A DNA stretch of 64,000 bases, from NCBI GenBank assembly GCA_900550395.1, contig URSD01000010.1:2610-66609 (forward strand), given 5' to 3'. This document shows, piece by piece, positions 48,488 to 59,900 of the stretch (position 1 is the stretch's first letter; each line of letters starts with the position of its first letter). The DNA is from an uncultured Porphyromonadaceae bacterium. GTDB taxonomy: Bacteria > Bacteroidota > Bacteroidia > Bacteroidales > Muribaculaceae. Position numbers and translations under genes: made by a program. Below the pieces are notes generated by a model. The model saw only the letters and a program-made list of their open reading frames with translations, searched no databases and was not told the DNA's origin.

Positions 48488-48579
48488 TTGCGTATTCTCT
48501 AAACTCAGTTTTTTGTATATTTCGCGGTTATAATCGCAAAAATTTGTACCTTTGTATTCTCTTAATCGTGATTTTTTGT

Positions 48580-50067
48580 ATGGCAGTGAAAGTTGATACC
48601 CGGAAAGAGATTATCTTCGGTTCATCTGACCCGAACATTTCCCGTGTGCTTAGCAAAAGGGAAAAGGACGGTGAGTTGCGAAAGGTTGCCCCGCGCATAT
48701 ACACGACCAATCTCGTTGACAGTCTGGAAAATATCGTGCGACGCAACCTTATGGATATTCTTGTGTACCGGTATCCGGACGCTATCATAAGCCATCGCAG
48801 TGCCAAAGAAATGCGGCCTACCGCGACGGGTGATTTCTTCCTGACAAATTCAACGACAAGGAGAATTACCGACTTGCCCGGAATAATTCTCAACTTTGTA
48901 AAAGGGCCGAAAGCATCACCTCACGATATACCGTTCATGGGTATGCACATATCAGGTGAACATAGGTATATGCTTGAGAATATGCAGGTATCAAGAAAGT
49001 CCGGTGATGAATCACGCGTTCTTCCCATCAGTGTGATTGAAAACAAACTCGAACAGATACTGCTGACCGGTGGAGAAGACCGGCTAAACGAATATCGTGA
49101 CGAATTGAGAGCCGTTGCCGAAGAGCTTGGGATGCAGAGCGAATTTGCAAAGATAAACAATATCATTTCTGCGCTACTCTCAACTCATGATGCTAAAGTG
49201 TTGTCGACGGACTCTGCAAAAGCACGTGCCGCCGGCAATCCGTTTGACAGGACAAGGGTTGAACTTTTTGAAGTGCTTTTCGATGCGGTGAAGGACCGGT
49301 ATTTCGTCATCCGCAACAATCGCAATACGGATGAGGAATCGTTCCGCCTTTTTTCATTCTTTGAGAGCTATTTTTCAAATTATATAGAGGGCACCGAGTT
49401 TGAAGTGGATGAAGCTAAAGCGATTGTTGACTCCGGTATTCCAATGCCACGGCGCGATGAAGACTCACACGACATTCTCGGAACATTCAAGGTGCTGTCA
49501 AACCGCGCCGAAATGATGAAGACGCCGACATCGCCAAAAGAGTTGTTTTCGATTCTTAGCCACAGACACAGCATCCTGCTTGAAGGACGGCCGCACATGA
49601 ATCCCGGAATTTTCAAAACGAAAAACAATCGTGCCGGAATGACAGAGTTTGTGGACTATCAGCTTGTGAAAGGCACGCTCTCGCAGGGTTTCAAATACTA
49701 TGCGGCCTTGACAGACCCGTTTGCGCGTGCGATATTCATGATGTTTATGATCAGCGAGGTGCATCCGTTCAATGACGGCAACGGTCGTGTCGCCCGCGTG
49801 ATGATGAATGCCGAGCTGGTTCGTGCCGACCAGTCGCGTATAATTGTACCGACAGTATTCCGCGAAGACTACATTCTTGCATTGCGAAAGCTGACCCGCC
49901 ACAAAGACCCGATGGCATATATCAACGTAATGACAAAACTCCACCAGTTCAGCGACAACCTGTACGGTACCGATTTTACCGAACTTAAAAACTACCTTGC
50001 AGCCTGCAATGCCTACGAAGAACCTTCACGGGCGAAGCTACAGATCATAGATATAAACAGCCTCTGA
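48580..50067 (+). CDS. Fic-domain protein with N-terminal extension, AT-richer than flanks
   Basis: Canonical HPFNDGNGRVAR; SNYIEG inhibitory-type motif upstream; TACCTTTG promoter at 48547. Confidence 0.9.
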   Translation: MAVKVDTRKEIIFGSSDPNISRVLSKREKDGELRKVAPRIYTTNLVDSLENIVRRNLMDILVYRYPDAIISHRSAKEMRPTATGDFFLTNSTTRRITDLPGIILNFVKGPKASPHDIPFMGMHISGEHRYMLENMQVSRKSGDESRVLPISVIENKLEQILLTGGEDRLNEYRDELRAVAEELGMQSEFAKINNIISALLSTHDAKVLSTDSAKARAAGNPFDRTRVELFEVLFDAVKDRYFVIRNNRNTDEESFRLFSFFESYFSNYIEGTEFEVDEAKAIVDSGIPMPRRDEDSHDILGTFKVLSNRAEMMKTPTSPKELFSILSHRHSILLEGRPHMNPGIFKTKNNRAGMTEFVDYQLVKGTLSQGFKYYAALTDPFARAIFMMFMISEVHPFNDGNGRVARVMMNAELVRADQSRIIVPTVFREDYILALRKLTRHKDPMAYINVMTKLHQFSDNLYGTDFTELKNYLAACNAYEEPSRAKLQIIDINSL

Positions 50068-50144
50068 CTGCCGAAACGCATGCCGATTTGTTTATCGGCC
50101 AAATATTCGTTACATTTGCATTCAAAAGCAACATTATCATACTC

Positions 50145-51281
50145 ATGAAGCACATATTCATTTCGCTTGCAATGGCTTTTACGGCTCTGGCCGGTTTCGC
50201 AGCCGGGGAGGAGCCGTGGTACTACGTCGACGCGCAGGACCTGCGTGTCATCAATAAAGGCTGGGAAAACACGCTGCGCCCCTACACGCGCATCCCCGCC
50301 ACGCTGCAGGACAGCGTGCGCCCCGACCTGTGGGAGCGCTCGCAGTGCTCCAGCGGCATAGCGGTGCGCTTCGCCACCGACTCCAAGCGCATAGGCGTGA
50401 AGTACGAGCTGCTCTGGAACACGCACATGATACACATGGCCGATACCGGCCTGAAAGGCACCGACCTGTACATCTTCGAGGGCGACTCGGTGTGGCGCCA
50501 TGTCAACACCAACCGCCCTTATCTCAAAAACAAGGAGGACAAGACGGACAAGACCGTGGAGAGCACCTACGTGGAGAACCTTGACGGACGCATGCACGAG
50601 TACATGATATACCTGCCGCTGTACGACGGCGTGGAGCGCCTGTGGGTCAAGGTGGACAGCGACGCCACCATCAACGCCGGCCGGCCGGGGCTTATCGACA
50701 AGGACACCAAAATCGTGGCCTACGGCACGAGCATTCTCCAGGGCGGATGCGCATCGCGCACGGGCATGGCTGCCACCAACATCCTCTCGCGCGAGCTGAA
50801 CTGCGAGGTGGTGAACATCGGCATCAGCGGCGAGGGCAAGATGGACTTCTGCATGGCGCGCGCGATGGCCGAAATCCCCGACGCCGACATGTATCTGCTC
50901 GACCCGGTGCCCAACTGCACGGAGATGATGTGCGATACGCTCACCTACGACTTCGTCAACATCCTGCGCCGGGCGCGGCCCGAGGTGCCGATAGTGATGG
51001 TGGAAGGTCCCATCTATCCCTATGCGCGCTACGACAGCCATTTCGGCAACTATCTGCCGCGCAAGAACGCCGCTTTCCGCCGCAACTACGAGCGCCTGAA
51101 GGCCGAGAATCCCGACAATCTCTACTATGTGGATTCGGAGGGACTTGACGGCGTGGAGGACGACGGCACCGTGGACGGCATACATCTTACCGACCTCGGC
51201 TTCCGCCATTACGCCGACAAACTGAAGCCGGTCCTGCAGAAAATACTTGATAAAAAGAAATGCGCCGCACAGCCGCACTGA
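50145..51281 (+). CDS. SGNH hydrolase with N-terminal GxDLY domain, exported
   Basis: GTDLY, YLPLYDG, YGTSILQG, DGIHLTDLG. Confidence 0.88.
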   Translation: MKHIFISLAMAFTALAGFAAGEEPWYYVDAQDLRVINKGWENTLRPYTRIPATLQDSVRPDLWERSQCSSGIAVRFATDSKRIGVKYELLWNTHMIHMADTGLKGTDLYIFEGDSVWRHVNTNRPYLKNKEDKTDKTVESTYVENLDGRMHEYMIYLPLYDGVERLWVKVDSDATINAGRPGLIDKDTKIVAYGTSILQGGCASRTGMAATNILSRELNCEVVNIGISGEGKMDFCMARAMAEIPDADMYLLDPVPNCTEMMCDTLTYDFVNILRRARPEVPIVMVEGPIYPYARYDSHFGNYLPRKNAAFRRNYERLKAENPDNLYYVDSEGLDGVEDDGTVDGIHLTDLGFRHYADKLKPVLQKILDKKKCAAQPH

Positions 51282-52996
51282 CAGCCGTTCTTCTGTTGCT
51301 CTGCGCCTGCAACAGGGATGAGGAGATAACAGCCGACGGGTTCGCACCGGTAATCACACTCACCGGCTGCGACGATTCGGGCACGTATTACGTGCATCCG
51401 GGCGAATCGCTGACCATCGCGCCGGACTACGAGAATGTCCGTGGCGCCGAATACTCCTGGACTCTTGGGGGCGAGGTGGTCTGCCGCGAGCCGTCGTGGA
51501 CGGCCATATGGCCCGAAACGGGATTCTATACCGTCACGCTCACCGTCAGTACCGATGCCGGGACCGCCCGCGAGCAGCTGTACGTGAGCGTGGCCGAGCT
51601 GCAGCCGCCGGTGTTCTGGCTGCCGCGGCCAGAGGGAGGCTTCCGTGTCGAGGCCGGCTGCGAGTTGCTGCTCGTGCCGCAGTTCCGCTACGGCCGGCCG
51701 GCTGCCGACGCGATAGAGTGGAGCGTCGACGGACGCCGCGAGGCCACCGGCGGGGAATTCTCTTTCGTGCGCGACACGCCCGGCAGATACGCGGTGCGCG
51801 TGGAGGCCTCCAATGCCGACGGCACGTCGGCGCAGGAGATCACGGTAGAGGTGGTGGAGAGCATGCTCTCGGTAAGTTTCCCGCCTATGCTTCTGATGCA
51901 GCCCGGCAGCGGCGTGCATGTGGGCGCCGGACTTCCCGTGAGCCTTGTGCCGCTGACGTCCGGCTTCAGGTCGCCCGTGTTCGCATGGACTGTTGACGGA
52001 GCTCCCGCCGGGGTCGGCGATGCGCTGGTGTTCGTGCCTTCCGCTTCCTGCATCGTGGAGCTGACGGTAACGGAAACCGAAGGCCGGAACGAGGGGCGCT
52101 CGGCAAGCGCTTCAGTGGCAGTGGATGTTTCGCCTTTATCCGCGCGCAGGCCGGTGTCGGCCGGGTCGTCGCGGCGCCTTACAGCCGTGGCTGAATACAT
52201 GCCTGCACCCGGACAGTTTGTTGACGAGAACGGCGACCTTGCCGGATCGGACCATGACGAAGCATGTATCCGTGCGCTGCGGACTATGCAGGCCGGTGGT
52301 TATGTGTCGCTGGGTGCATATGGCGGCTATATCGTGGCTGCTTTCGACCACAGCATAACGCCTTCCGGGGCTGCCTGGGACATAGCTGTAGGCGGCAACT
52401 CTTTCGTGGCGGCGGTGGGAAGCAGCAACGAGCCGGGCACGGTATGGGTGGCTCCGGATGCCAACGGCAACGGCGAGCCCGACGACGAATGGTATGTGCT
52501 GCGCGGCTCCGACATGGCCGACCGCCCCCGGACGCAGATGCTCGATGTGACGTATTACAGACCCGATGTGCCGCAGACCGATGTGCCGTGGACTGCTTCC
52601 GACGGTCGCCGCGGCACGGTGGATTACCTGCCGGAGTTTCACGACCAGCCGTGCTACTATCCGGCATGGGCGCCCGACTGCTATACGCTGCGCGGCATCT
52701 CGCTGCCTGCGCGCAATTATCCCGAAGGAGGGACCTGGACGTTGCCTGCCGCGGCATGGGGCTATGCCGACAATGCCGGCAGCGACTCGTTTGAGCTGCT
52801 GCCTCCGGCCGGCCACGGCGGACTGTATACCGGCCTGCGGATAGAGAACGCGGTGGCGGCCGACGGCACCCCCGTGAAGCTCCCGTTTGTCGACTTCGTG
52901 ATGGTGCGCTCCGCTACGGTGGGCAAGAGTGGATGGCTGGGAGAGATATCTACCGAAGTTACTGATGTCGTGGACTATTCAATGATTGATAATTGA
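51260..52996 (+). CDS. PKD-domain surface lipoprotein, BtuH-like putative cobalamin-binding protein
   Basis: Lipobox LCAC; PKD-like repeats; EYMPAPGQF, SLGAYGGYIV..FDHSI, NEPG.VWV..D.NGNG.PDD.WY, GWLGEISTEV; directly before btuFCD. Confidence 0.65.
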   Translation: MRRTAALTAVLLLLCACNRDEEITADGFAPVITLTGCDDSGTYYVHPGESLTIAPDYENVRGAEYSWTLGGEVVCREPSWTAIWPETGFYTVTLTVSTDAGTAREQLYVSVAELQPPVFWLPRPEGGFRVEAGCELLLVPQFRYGRPAADAIEWSVDGRREATGGEFSFVRDTPGRYAVRVEASNADGTSAQEITVEVVESMLSVSFPPMLLMQPGSGVHVGAGLPVSLVPLTSGFRSPVFAWTVDGAPAGVGDALVFVPSASCIVELTVTETEGRNEGRSASASVAVDVSPLSARRPVSAGSSRRLTAVAEYMPAPGQFVDENGDLAGSDHDEACIRALRTMQAGGYVSLGAYGGYIVAAFDHSITPSGAAWDIAVGGNSFVAAVGSSNEPGTVWVAPDANGNGEPDDEWYVLRGSDMADRPRTQMLDVTYYRPDVPQTDVPWTASDGRRGTVDYLPEFHDQPCYYPAWAPDCYTLRGISLPARNYPEGGTWTLPAAAWGYADNAGSDSFELLPPAGHGGLYTGLRIENAVAADGTPVKLPFVDFVMVRSATVGKSGWLGEISTEVTDVVDYSMIDN

Positions 52997-52997
52997 T

Positions 52998-54128
52998 ATG
53001 AGATATGTATCGCTTGTAGTGATGGCGCTCCTTCTGCTGGCATCGTCGGGCTGCCGCAGAGGGCAGGCGACTGCGTTCGCCGCCGACGGCTTCCGCGACA
53101 CGCTCTATGCGCCGCGCCATGCCGGCGGCTTCTGTATACTGGGCGCACCGGACTGCGCCAGTGTGATGGTGGAATCCCGCAATCCCTGGCAGGGCGCCGA
53201 CAGCGTATGCACGCGGCTACTGATACTGCGCGACGGCGAGGCGGTTCCCGAGGGCTTCGACGGGCAGATACTGCACGGCGATGCCGCCAGGGTGGTGGCT
53301 ATGTCGTCCACGCATGTGGCTATGCTCGATGCCCTCGGCCGAGCCGGCAATATCGTCGGGGTGTCGGGACGCGGCTTCATATCCACTCCCCTCGGCGACG
53401 ACGTGGCCGATGTGGGCTACGACGGCAATATCGACTATGAGGCTCTGATGGGTGCTTCCCCCGACCTGGTGCTGCTCTATGGTGTGGGAGCGCCAAGCGC
53501 CATGGAGGGAAAGCTGCGCGAGCTGGGCATACCTTACATCTATGTGGGCGACTATCTGGAGGAATCGCCTGTCGGGAAGGCCGAATGGCTGGTAGCGATA
53601 GGCGAGACAGCCGGCATGCGTGATGCGGCTGTGCGCAAATTCGAGACCATCGACTCGGCCTATACCGCCCTGTGCCGCCGCACTGACTCCGTGGCCGAGC
53701 GTCCCCGCGTGATGCTGAACACGCCCTATGGCGACGCATGGTTCATGCCTACGGCCGACAATTATATGGCACGTCTGATATCCGACGCGGGTGCCGACTA
53801 TGTGTGTGCCGACCTGAGAGGCAACAAATCGGCCACCATCGACATCGAGCAGGCGTATATGCTCGCCTCCGGAGCCGACTTCTGGCTCAACACGGGGCAG
53901 ACATCCGACATGCGCAGCCTGCTCGCGCAGTGTCCGCGCTTTGCCGACACCGCCCCGGTGCTGGCCGGGCGTGTCTACAACAACACCCTGCGGAGCACTC
54001 CCGGGGGAGGCAATGATTTCTACGAGTCGGCTATCGTGCATCCCGACCTCGTGCTGCGCGATCTGATAAAAATTTTCCATCCCGAACTCGTCGGAGAGGA
54101 GTTTACGTACTACCGCAAAGTGGAATAG
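52998..54128 (+). CDS. btuF: Cobalamin/iron-complex ABC transporter substrate-binding protein
   Basis: RVVAMSSTH, DYLEESPVGKAEW, GGNDFYES..VHPD.VLRDL. Confidence 0.8.
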   Translation: MRYVSLVVMALLLLASSGCRRGQATAFAADGFRDTLYAPRHAGGFCILGAPDCASVMVESRNPWQGADSVCTRLLILRDGEAVPEGFDGQILHGDAARVVAMSSTHVAMLDALGRAGNIVGVSGRGFISTPLGDDVADVGYDGNIDYEALMGASPDLVLLYGVGAPSAMEGKLRELGIPYIYVGDYLEESPVGKAEWLVAIGETAGMRDAAVRKFETIDSAYTALCRRTDSVAERPRVMLNTPYGDAWFMPTADNYMARLISDAGADYVCADLRGNKSATIDIEQAYMLASGADFWLNTGQTSDMRSLLAQCPRFADTAPVLAGRVYNNTLRSTPGGGNDFYESAIVHPDLVLRDLIKIFHPELVGEEFTYYRKVE

Positions 54129-54131
54129 CCC

Positions 54132-55109
54132 GTGCGCCGTACGACCACCATATTCATTGTCCTCGGCCTCGCGGTTCTGCTGCTTTTTGTAGCTGACCTG
54201 TGCGTGGGTGCCGTGAGCATCCCGCTGCCGCAGATACTCACGGCGCTCACCGGCGGCGACTGCCCGCCGCATGTGGCGAAGATTGTGGTCGACATCCGCC
54301 TCGTCAAGGCGCTGGTGGCCCTCCTGGCCGGAATGGCCCTCTCGGTCAGCGGTTTGCAGATGCAGACGCTGTTCCGCAACCCCCTGGCCGGACCCTATGT
54401 GCTCGGCATCAGCTCCGGCGCCGGACTGGGCGTGGCTCTGGTGGTGCTGGCCGGAGTGGCGAGCCCTGTCGGTCTGGCCGGGGCGGCATGGATAGGCAGC
54501 GCCCTGGTGCTAGTCGTCATCGCCGCCGTGGCGCAGCGCGTCCGCGACATCATGGTCTTGCTCATACTCGGCATGATGTTCTCCTCGGGCGTCAGCGCCG
54601 TGGTGCAGATTCTGCAATATCTCAGCGACGAGGAATCGCTCAAAACCTTTGTAGTGTGGACCATGGGCTCGCTCGGCGACGTTACGGCTCGCCGCCTCGC
54701 CGTGCTTGTGCCTGCCGTCCTTGCCGGGCTGGCGATAGCCGTCGCCACGGTGAAGGCGCTGAATCTGCTGCTGTTCGGCGAGGAGTATGCCGTGACGATG
54801 GGGCTTGACATGCGCCGTTCGCGCGCCCTTATCTTCCTGTCGACCACGCTGCTTGCCGGCACCGTCACAGCCTTCTGCGGCCCCATCGGCTTCATAGGTC
54901 TGGCGATGCCACATGTGGCGCGCATGCTCGTGCGCGACAGCGACCACCGCGTTCTCCTTCCGGCCACGGCCCTTGTCGGCGCCGCCGTGCTGCTGCTGTG
55001 CGATATAGTGTCGAAACAGTTCGTGCTGCCTGTCAATGCCATAAGTGCCCTGCTGGGTATACCGGTGGTCGTGTGGGTGGTACTTAAAAACAAGAGCCTT
55101 ACGCAATGA
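54132..55109 (+). CDS. btuC: FecCD/BtuC-family ABC permease
   Basis: MQTLFRNPLAGPYVLGISSGA, AFCGPIGFIGLAMPH. Confidence 0.85.
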   Translation: MRRTTTIFIVLGLAVLLLFVADLCVGAVSIPLPQILTALTGGDCPPHVAKIVVDIRLVKALVALLAGMALSVSGLQMQTLFRNPLAGPYVLGISSGAGLGVALVVLAGVASPVGLAGAAWIGSALVLVVIAAVAQRVRDIMVLLILGMMFSSGVSAVVQILQYLSDEESLKTFVVWTMGSLGDVTARRLAVLVPAVLAGLAIAVATVKALNLLLFGEEYAVTMGLDMRRSRALIFLSTTLLAGTVTAFCGPIGFIGLAMPHVARMLVRDSDHRVLLPATALVGAAVLLLCDIVSKQFVLPVNAISALLGIPVVVWVVLKNKSLTQ

Positions 55110-55831
55110 TAGAGCTGCGCGGTTTCTCCATGGGCTACGACGCCTCGCGCACACTGCTGCGCGACGTGAACGCCACCTTCGCCGCGGGACGCCTGACGGC
55201 GCTCATAGGGCGCAACGGCTCCGGCAAGTCGACGCTGCTGCGTGCCATGGCTGCGCTGCCCGGCGCCGCGTGCGGCGGACGGATAATCGTCGACGGCCGC
55301 GACATCGGCTGTGCTCCGCGCCACACGCTCGCGCGCACCATCGCGTTCGTGGCTACCGGTCGCACCCGCATTCCCTGCATGCGCTGCACCGACGTGGTGG
55401 CTATGGGCCGCGCGCCGTACACCAACTGGATGGGCTCCATGCAGGCCGTGGACCGCGACATAGTCTTCGCATCGCTGGAGGCCGTGGGCATGGCGGAGTA
55501 TGCCGGCCGCGACATGAACACGATGAGCGACGGCGAGTGCCAACGCATCATGATAGCCAGGGCGCTGGCCCAGGACACGCCGGTGATGCTGCTCGACGAG
55601 CCCACCTCGTTTCTCGACCTGCCCAACCGCCACGAGCTGTGCGCACTGCTCGCGCGTCTGGCTCACGACAGCGGCAAGTGCATAGTGTTCTCCACGCACG
55701 AGCTGGACATAGCCCTGCGCCGTGCCGATGACATAGCCCTGATAGCCCCTCCGCAGCTGCATCTGCTGGACGCCCCCGCAATGCAGCGCAGCGGGCTGAT
55801 AGAAAGTACATTCCACCTTGAACAATTATAA
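55106..55831 (+). CDS. btuD: ABC transporter ATP-binding protein
   Basis: GRNGSGKST, MSDGECQR, LLDEPTSFLD, STH. Confidence 0.85.
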   Translation: MIELRGFSMGYDASRTLLRDVNATFAAGRLTALIGRNGSGKSTLLRAMAALPGAACGGRIIVDGRDIGCAPRHTLARTIAFVATGRTRIPCMRCTDVVAMGRAPYTNWMGSMQAVDRDIVFASLEAVGMAEYAGRDMNTMSDGECQRIMIARALAQDTPVMLLDEPTSFLDLPNRHELCALLARLAHDSGKCIVFSTHELDIALRRADDIALIAPPQLHLLDAPAMQRSGLIESTFHLEQL

Positions 55832-55834
55832 GAG

Positions 55835-56953
55835 ATGGCTGACGCGTTCAAATATTTTGCCTTTATAAGCTACAGCTCCGCCGACGTGCGCTGGGGCAAG
55901 CGGCTGCACCGCAAGCTTGCCGGCTACCGGCTGCCGTCGAGGCTTTGCGGCTCCGGCGCGTTGAGGCGCAAGCCGTTCAATCCGCTGTTTTTCGCGCCGT
56001 ACGACATCCAGCCCGCGCCGCTGTCCGAGGAGCTGAAGAAGCACCTGCGCGAGTCGCGCAATCTTCTGGTGATATGTTCGCCGCACTCGGCCAAATCCGA
56101 CTGGGTGGCGAAAGAGATTGAGTATTTCCACAGCCTCGGGCGTGCCGACGACATTGTGTTCTTCATCATCGACGGCGTGCCGGGCAGCGGCGACCCCGCC
56201 ACGGAGTGCTTCAACCCCGTGGTAAAGCGCCTCGGGCTGCCGGAATACCTCGGGGCAAACATCCATGAGCACGTGTACCGCCTGCCGTGGCTCAACCGCG
56301 AGCGCGCCTTCGTGCAGATTGTGTCGAAGATGCTCGGACTCGACTTCGATGCCCTGTGGCGCCATCGTCGGCGTCAGATGCTCGCCAGCGTCGTGCGCGG
56401 TGTTCTGCTTGCCGCGGCCGTGGTGGCGGCGTTTGTGGCGCTTTTCGTGTACGAACGCCCGTTCGACATGCGCGTGTGTCTCCGCGAGGCCCTCGCGGCT
56501 CCCGGGCTGCCGGCTCCGCACGACATAGAGGTGCGTACCGTCATCGACGGCACGGAGCGATGCGACACAGTGGACGGCACGGATGCCGAAGCCGTGTTCG
56601 CGCAGATGCCCGGACGCCTCAAGGGCCGACAGATGCGCCTGAGCGTGCGCAATGCCGACTACGAGAACCTCGACACCGTGCTGGAGGCCGGCACGGACGT
56701 CGGCGTGACCTTGCGCAGAAACGCCGCACGCTACGGCCGCATCGATGTCAGGGTGCTCTCGGCTGACGGAATGCCGGTGGCCGACACGCCGCTGCTTGTG
56801 GAAGGCACAGAGCTGCGCACTGACACGGTGGGGCGTCTGCAAGCTGACATTCCACTCGCTAAGCAGAAACCGTCATACCGCGTACAGGGCGCCGGCGGCA
56901 GCGCCACTCTTTATATGCCGTGCGCCGCAACTGACTGCATAATACTAAAATAG
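55835..56953 (+). CDS. TIR-domain protein with single TM helix and extracytoplasmic beta-rich domains
   Basis: FAFISYS, LLVICSPHSAKSDWVAKEI TIR motifs; LGLDFDALW.RRRR then hydrophobic VLLAAAVVAAFVALFVY. Confidence 0.88.
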   Translation: MADAFKYFAFISYSSADVRWGKRLHRKLAGYRLPSRLCGSGALRRKPFNPLFFAPYDIQPAPLSEELKKHLRESRNLLVICSPHSAKSDWVAKEIEYFHSLGRADDIVFFIIDGVPGSGDPATECFNPVVKRLGLPEYLGANIHEHVYRLPWLNRERAFVQIVSKMLGLDFDALWRHRRRQMLASVVRGVLLAAAVVAAFVALFVYERPFDMRVCLREALAAPGLPAPHDIEVRTVIDGTERCDTVDGTDAEAVFAQMPGRLKGRQMRLSVRNADYENLDTVLEAGTDVGVTLRRNAARYGRIDVRVLSADGMPVADTPLLVEGTELRTDTVGRLQADIPLAKQKPSYRVQGAGGSATLYMPCAATDCIILK

Positions 56954-59900
56954 ATGAAAAAGATTCTCTCCCTGATTATAATTCTTTGCTTCATGGCCGT
57001 GGCTTTCGGCCAGGTACGCACCAAGGTGCAGAAGGGCATTGTGCGCACGCAGAGCTTCACCAACAAGCCCAGCCGCCGCATCGTGGGTGCAGTGGTGGTG
57101 CTTGACGGCGAAGGAGCCAATCCTGCCGAGAGCCGTTCTCTGCCCGAGGAGGGTTATTTTGAACTCTCTCTTGATAAGCTGAAGGGGAACAAAGGAATCT
57201 ATTCCATCGAGTCGGTGACGGGTCCCAAGGGTACGCGCTACAAGTTGCTGTATCCTACGCCCGGACAGCTCCTCCAGTTCACCCCTGACGCATCGCTCGT
57301 CATCATCATGCAGTCGCGCGAGGAGCTGAGACAGTACGAGGCCTACGTGCGGGAGAACGCGCTGCGCGACGCCAATGCGCGCCATGAGCGCGAACTCGCC
57401 GCCCTGGAGGAACGTTACCGCCGGGGACAGATCGACAGCATCGCCATGCAGCGTCAGGTGGAGGAACTGCAACAGAAACTCGACGACTTCGAGGACCTGA
57501 TAGCCGAATATCTGTACAAGACGATACGCAACCTTGACTTCGAGTCGCTTAACGAGCAGCACCGGGCCGTGCTTATGGCGATGGAGCAGGGCGATTATGC
57601 CCGCGCCGACTCGCTGCTTGCGCTCCGCAGCGACGAGGAACGCTGGGAGTCGTTCACCAGCGCCCGCGAGGACTATACGAAGAAGAAGGAGGCCTACGAC
57701 GACAGCCGCAAGAACTTCGAGCAGACACGCGAAATCACCATAAACGAGCTTAATCAGATGGTGCTCAGCGCACTGAATCAGTTCGACTACGACCGTGCGC
57801 TCGACCGCATGCAGGAGCGTCTGCGCTACGAGCCGGACAATGTTGATTTCCTCTGCGATCTGGGCCGCCTGCTGCATGTACGCTTCACCGACTACCGGCG
57901 CGCACGCGACTGCTTCGGCCGGGCCATACATGCCGCCGACAGCATAGGAGGCACCGACAACCTGACGCTGGCCCGCTGCCACATCCACATGGGCGATGCC
58001 CTGCGCGAGATGTGCGAGTACGCCGGCGCGATAGAGCATTACACCCGCGGCAGCGAACTGCTGCGGGGCGACGGCAGCCCCGAGGCGCAGTCACTCGTCT
58101 ACGATGCGCTCATAGGTACGGGCAGCAGCCACGTCGGAAACGGTGATTACCGCGGCGGCAAACCTTTCATGACGCGCTGCGCGGCCGACGGTGTGCGCGC
58201 CGTCAACCCGAAAGCCTATTGGCAAGGACGCCTCGGCCTCGCCGTCATAATGTACGCCCACGGCGATTATCGCGGCGCGCGCGCCGCCCTGGAAGCCGTG
58301 CTCGGGGCCATTGCCTCAGACCCGGCCATCGACATAGAGACAAAGAAGGACGCTTATTGCAGCCTTATAGCATGCCTGAACAATGTGGGCGAGTACGGGC
58401 GCGCCTCGCAGCTCTGCGACGAGGCCATGGCGGCGATTACAGCGCAGTCGTCGCCGAACAGCTGCCACGTGGCATCCCTGATGCTGAGCCGTGCCGAGAC
58501 CGACATGGGGCGTGGCGACATCGCCGCACTGGAGGCCGATGTGCGCCGTGCGTCGTACATTTACCGCGACATCCTCGGCGACGAGCATCCGTCGTATGCT
58601 ATGGCGTGCGCCAATATGTCGGCCATGCATATGCTCACCGGACATCCCGATGACGCCCGCGATGCCGCCGAGAATGCGTGCCGCCTGCTCGCCCGACGTT
58701 TCGGTCCGTTGCACCCCGGCTCGTTGCCCGGCCACTATGCGCGCATGAACTATTACAGCTCCGTCGCCGATTACCGCAGCGCGGCGGCGCAGCTTGACAC
58801 CATAGGCATGATATATGAGCGCAACGGCATTGCAAGCGACTACCAGCGGGCTCAGCAATCCGCCGCGCGGGCACAGCTCGACATGGCTATGGGACAGACG
58901 CGCGACGCCGTGAAGAGTTTCGAGGAGGCCATACGGTGTACGGTCAGCACCATAGGTCCGGATGCGTTGGGCCTGATGGCATACTACAACAGCATGGCCG
59001 GTGCTCTGCTGATGGACATGAAGCCCGACGAGGCGCTGCGCTATCTCGATAAGGCGCAGGCCATAGCCGATAAGATTTATGGCGCCGGCAGTCCGCAGAG
59101 CGTCATGCAGCGCGCGAACATGTGTGAATACTACGACGCCAAAGGCAACCGTGCAGCCTCGCTGCACGCCGCTTCTGAAGCACTCAACGCCGGCATAGGT
59201 CTTTACGGCAGTCAGTCGTATCTGCTGAACGGCCTGTACAGCCGCCTTGGCGACTGCTATCTCAATGATTACGATTTCGCCCATGCACAGGAATGTTTTC
59301 AGAAAGCCTACGACCTGATGGCCGCAGTTTATGGCGAGGACTCATTTCTGACGGCTGATGCCCTGACGAAACTTGGCGCTTACTACATGAATATAGGCGA
59401 CATGAAGCGTGGCCTGGAACTGGAAGAGCGAGCCCTGGCACTTCTGGAAGCTGAGTTCGGCAAGAACCAGCCCAACACGCTCACGGCTCTGCTGGGCGTA
59501 TGTAATGCCAAAATAAGCATGGGGCGCTACGACGATGCCGAACTGGACGCTCTGCGCCTTGAGGCCGCCACGGCACGTGCGTGGGGTAAGGAGAGCATCC
59601 GGTACGCCTACGCGCTTCAGGCTGTCGGAAATATCCACGAGGCACGCAGCGAGTACGGCGACGCCATCGCCGCCCACAGGCAGGCCCTCGCCATCATCGA
59701 CCGGGTGATGGGCGCCCGTTCGGCCAACTCTGTGCAGGGCTATAATAAATTGTCCGGCCTATACTCACTGCTCTGCGACTTCAGGGAGTCGGAACGCTAC
59801 AATGCCCTTGCGACAGAGATATGCGCGGAACAGTATGGCAAGGACAATCCGGCCTACTGGCAGCAGCTCCTGCTCAATGCCATGCAGGACGCCAACCTCC

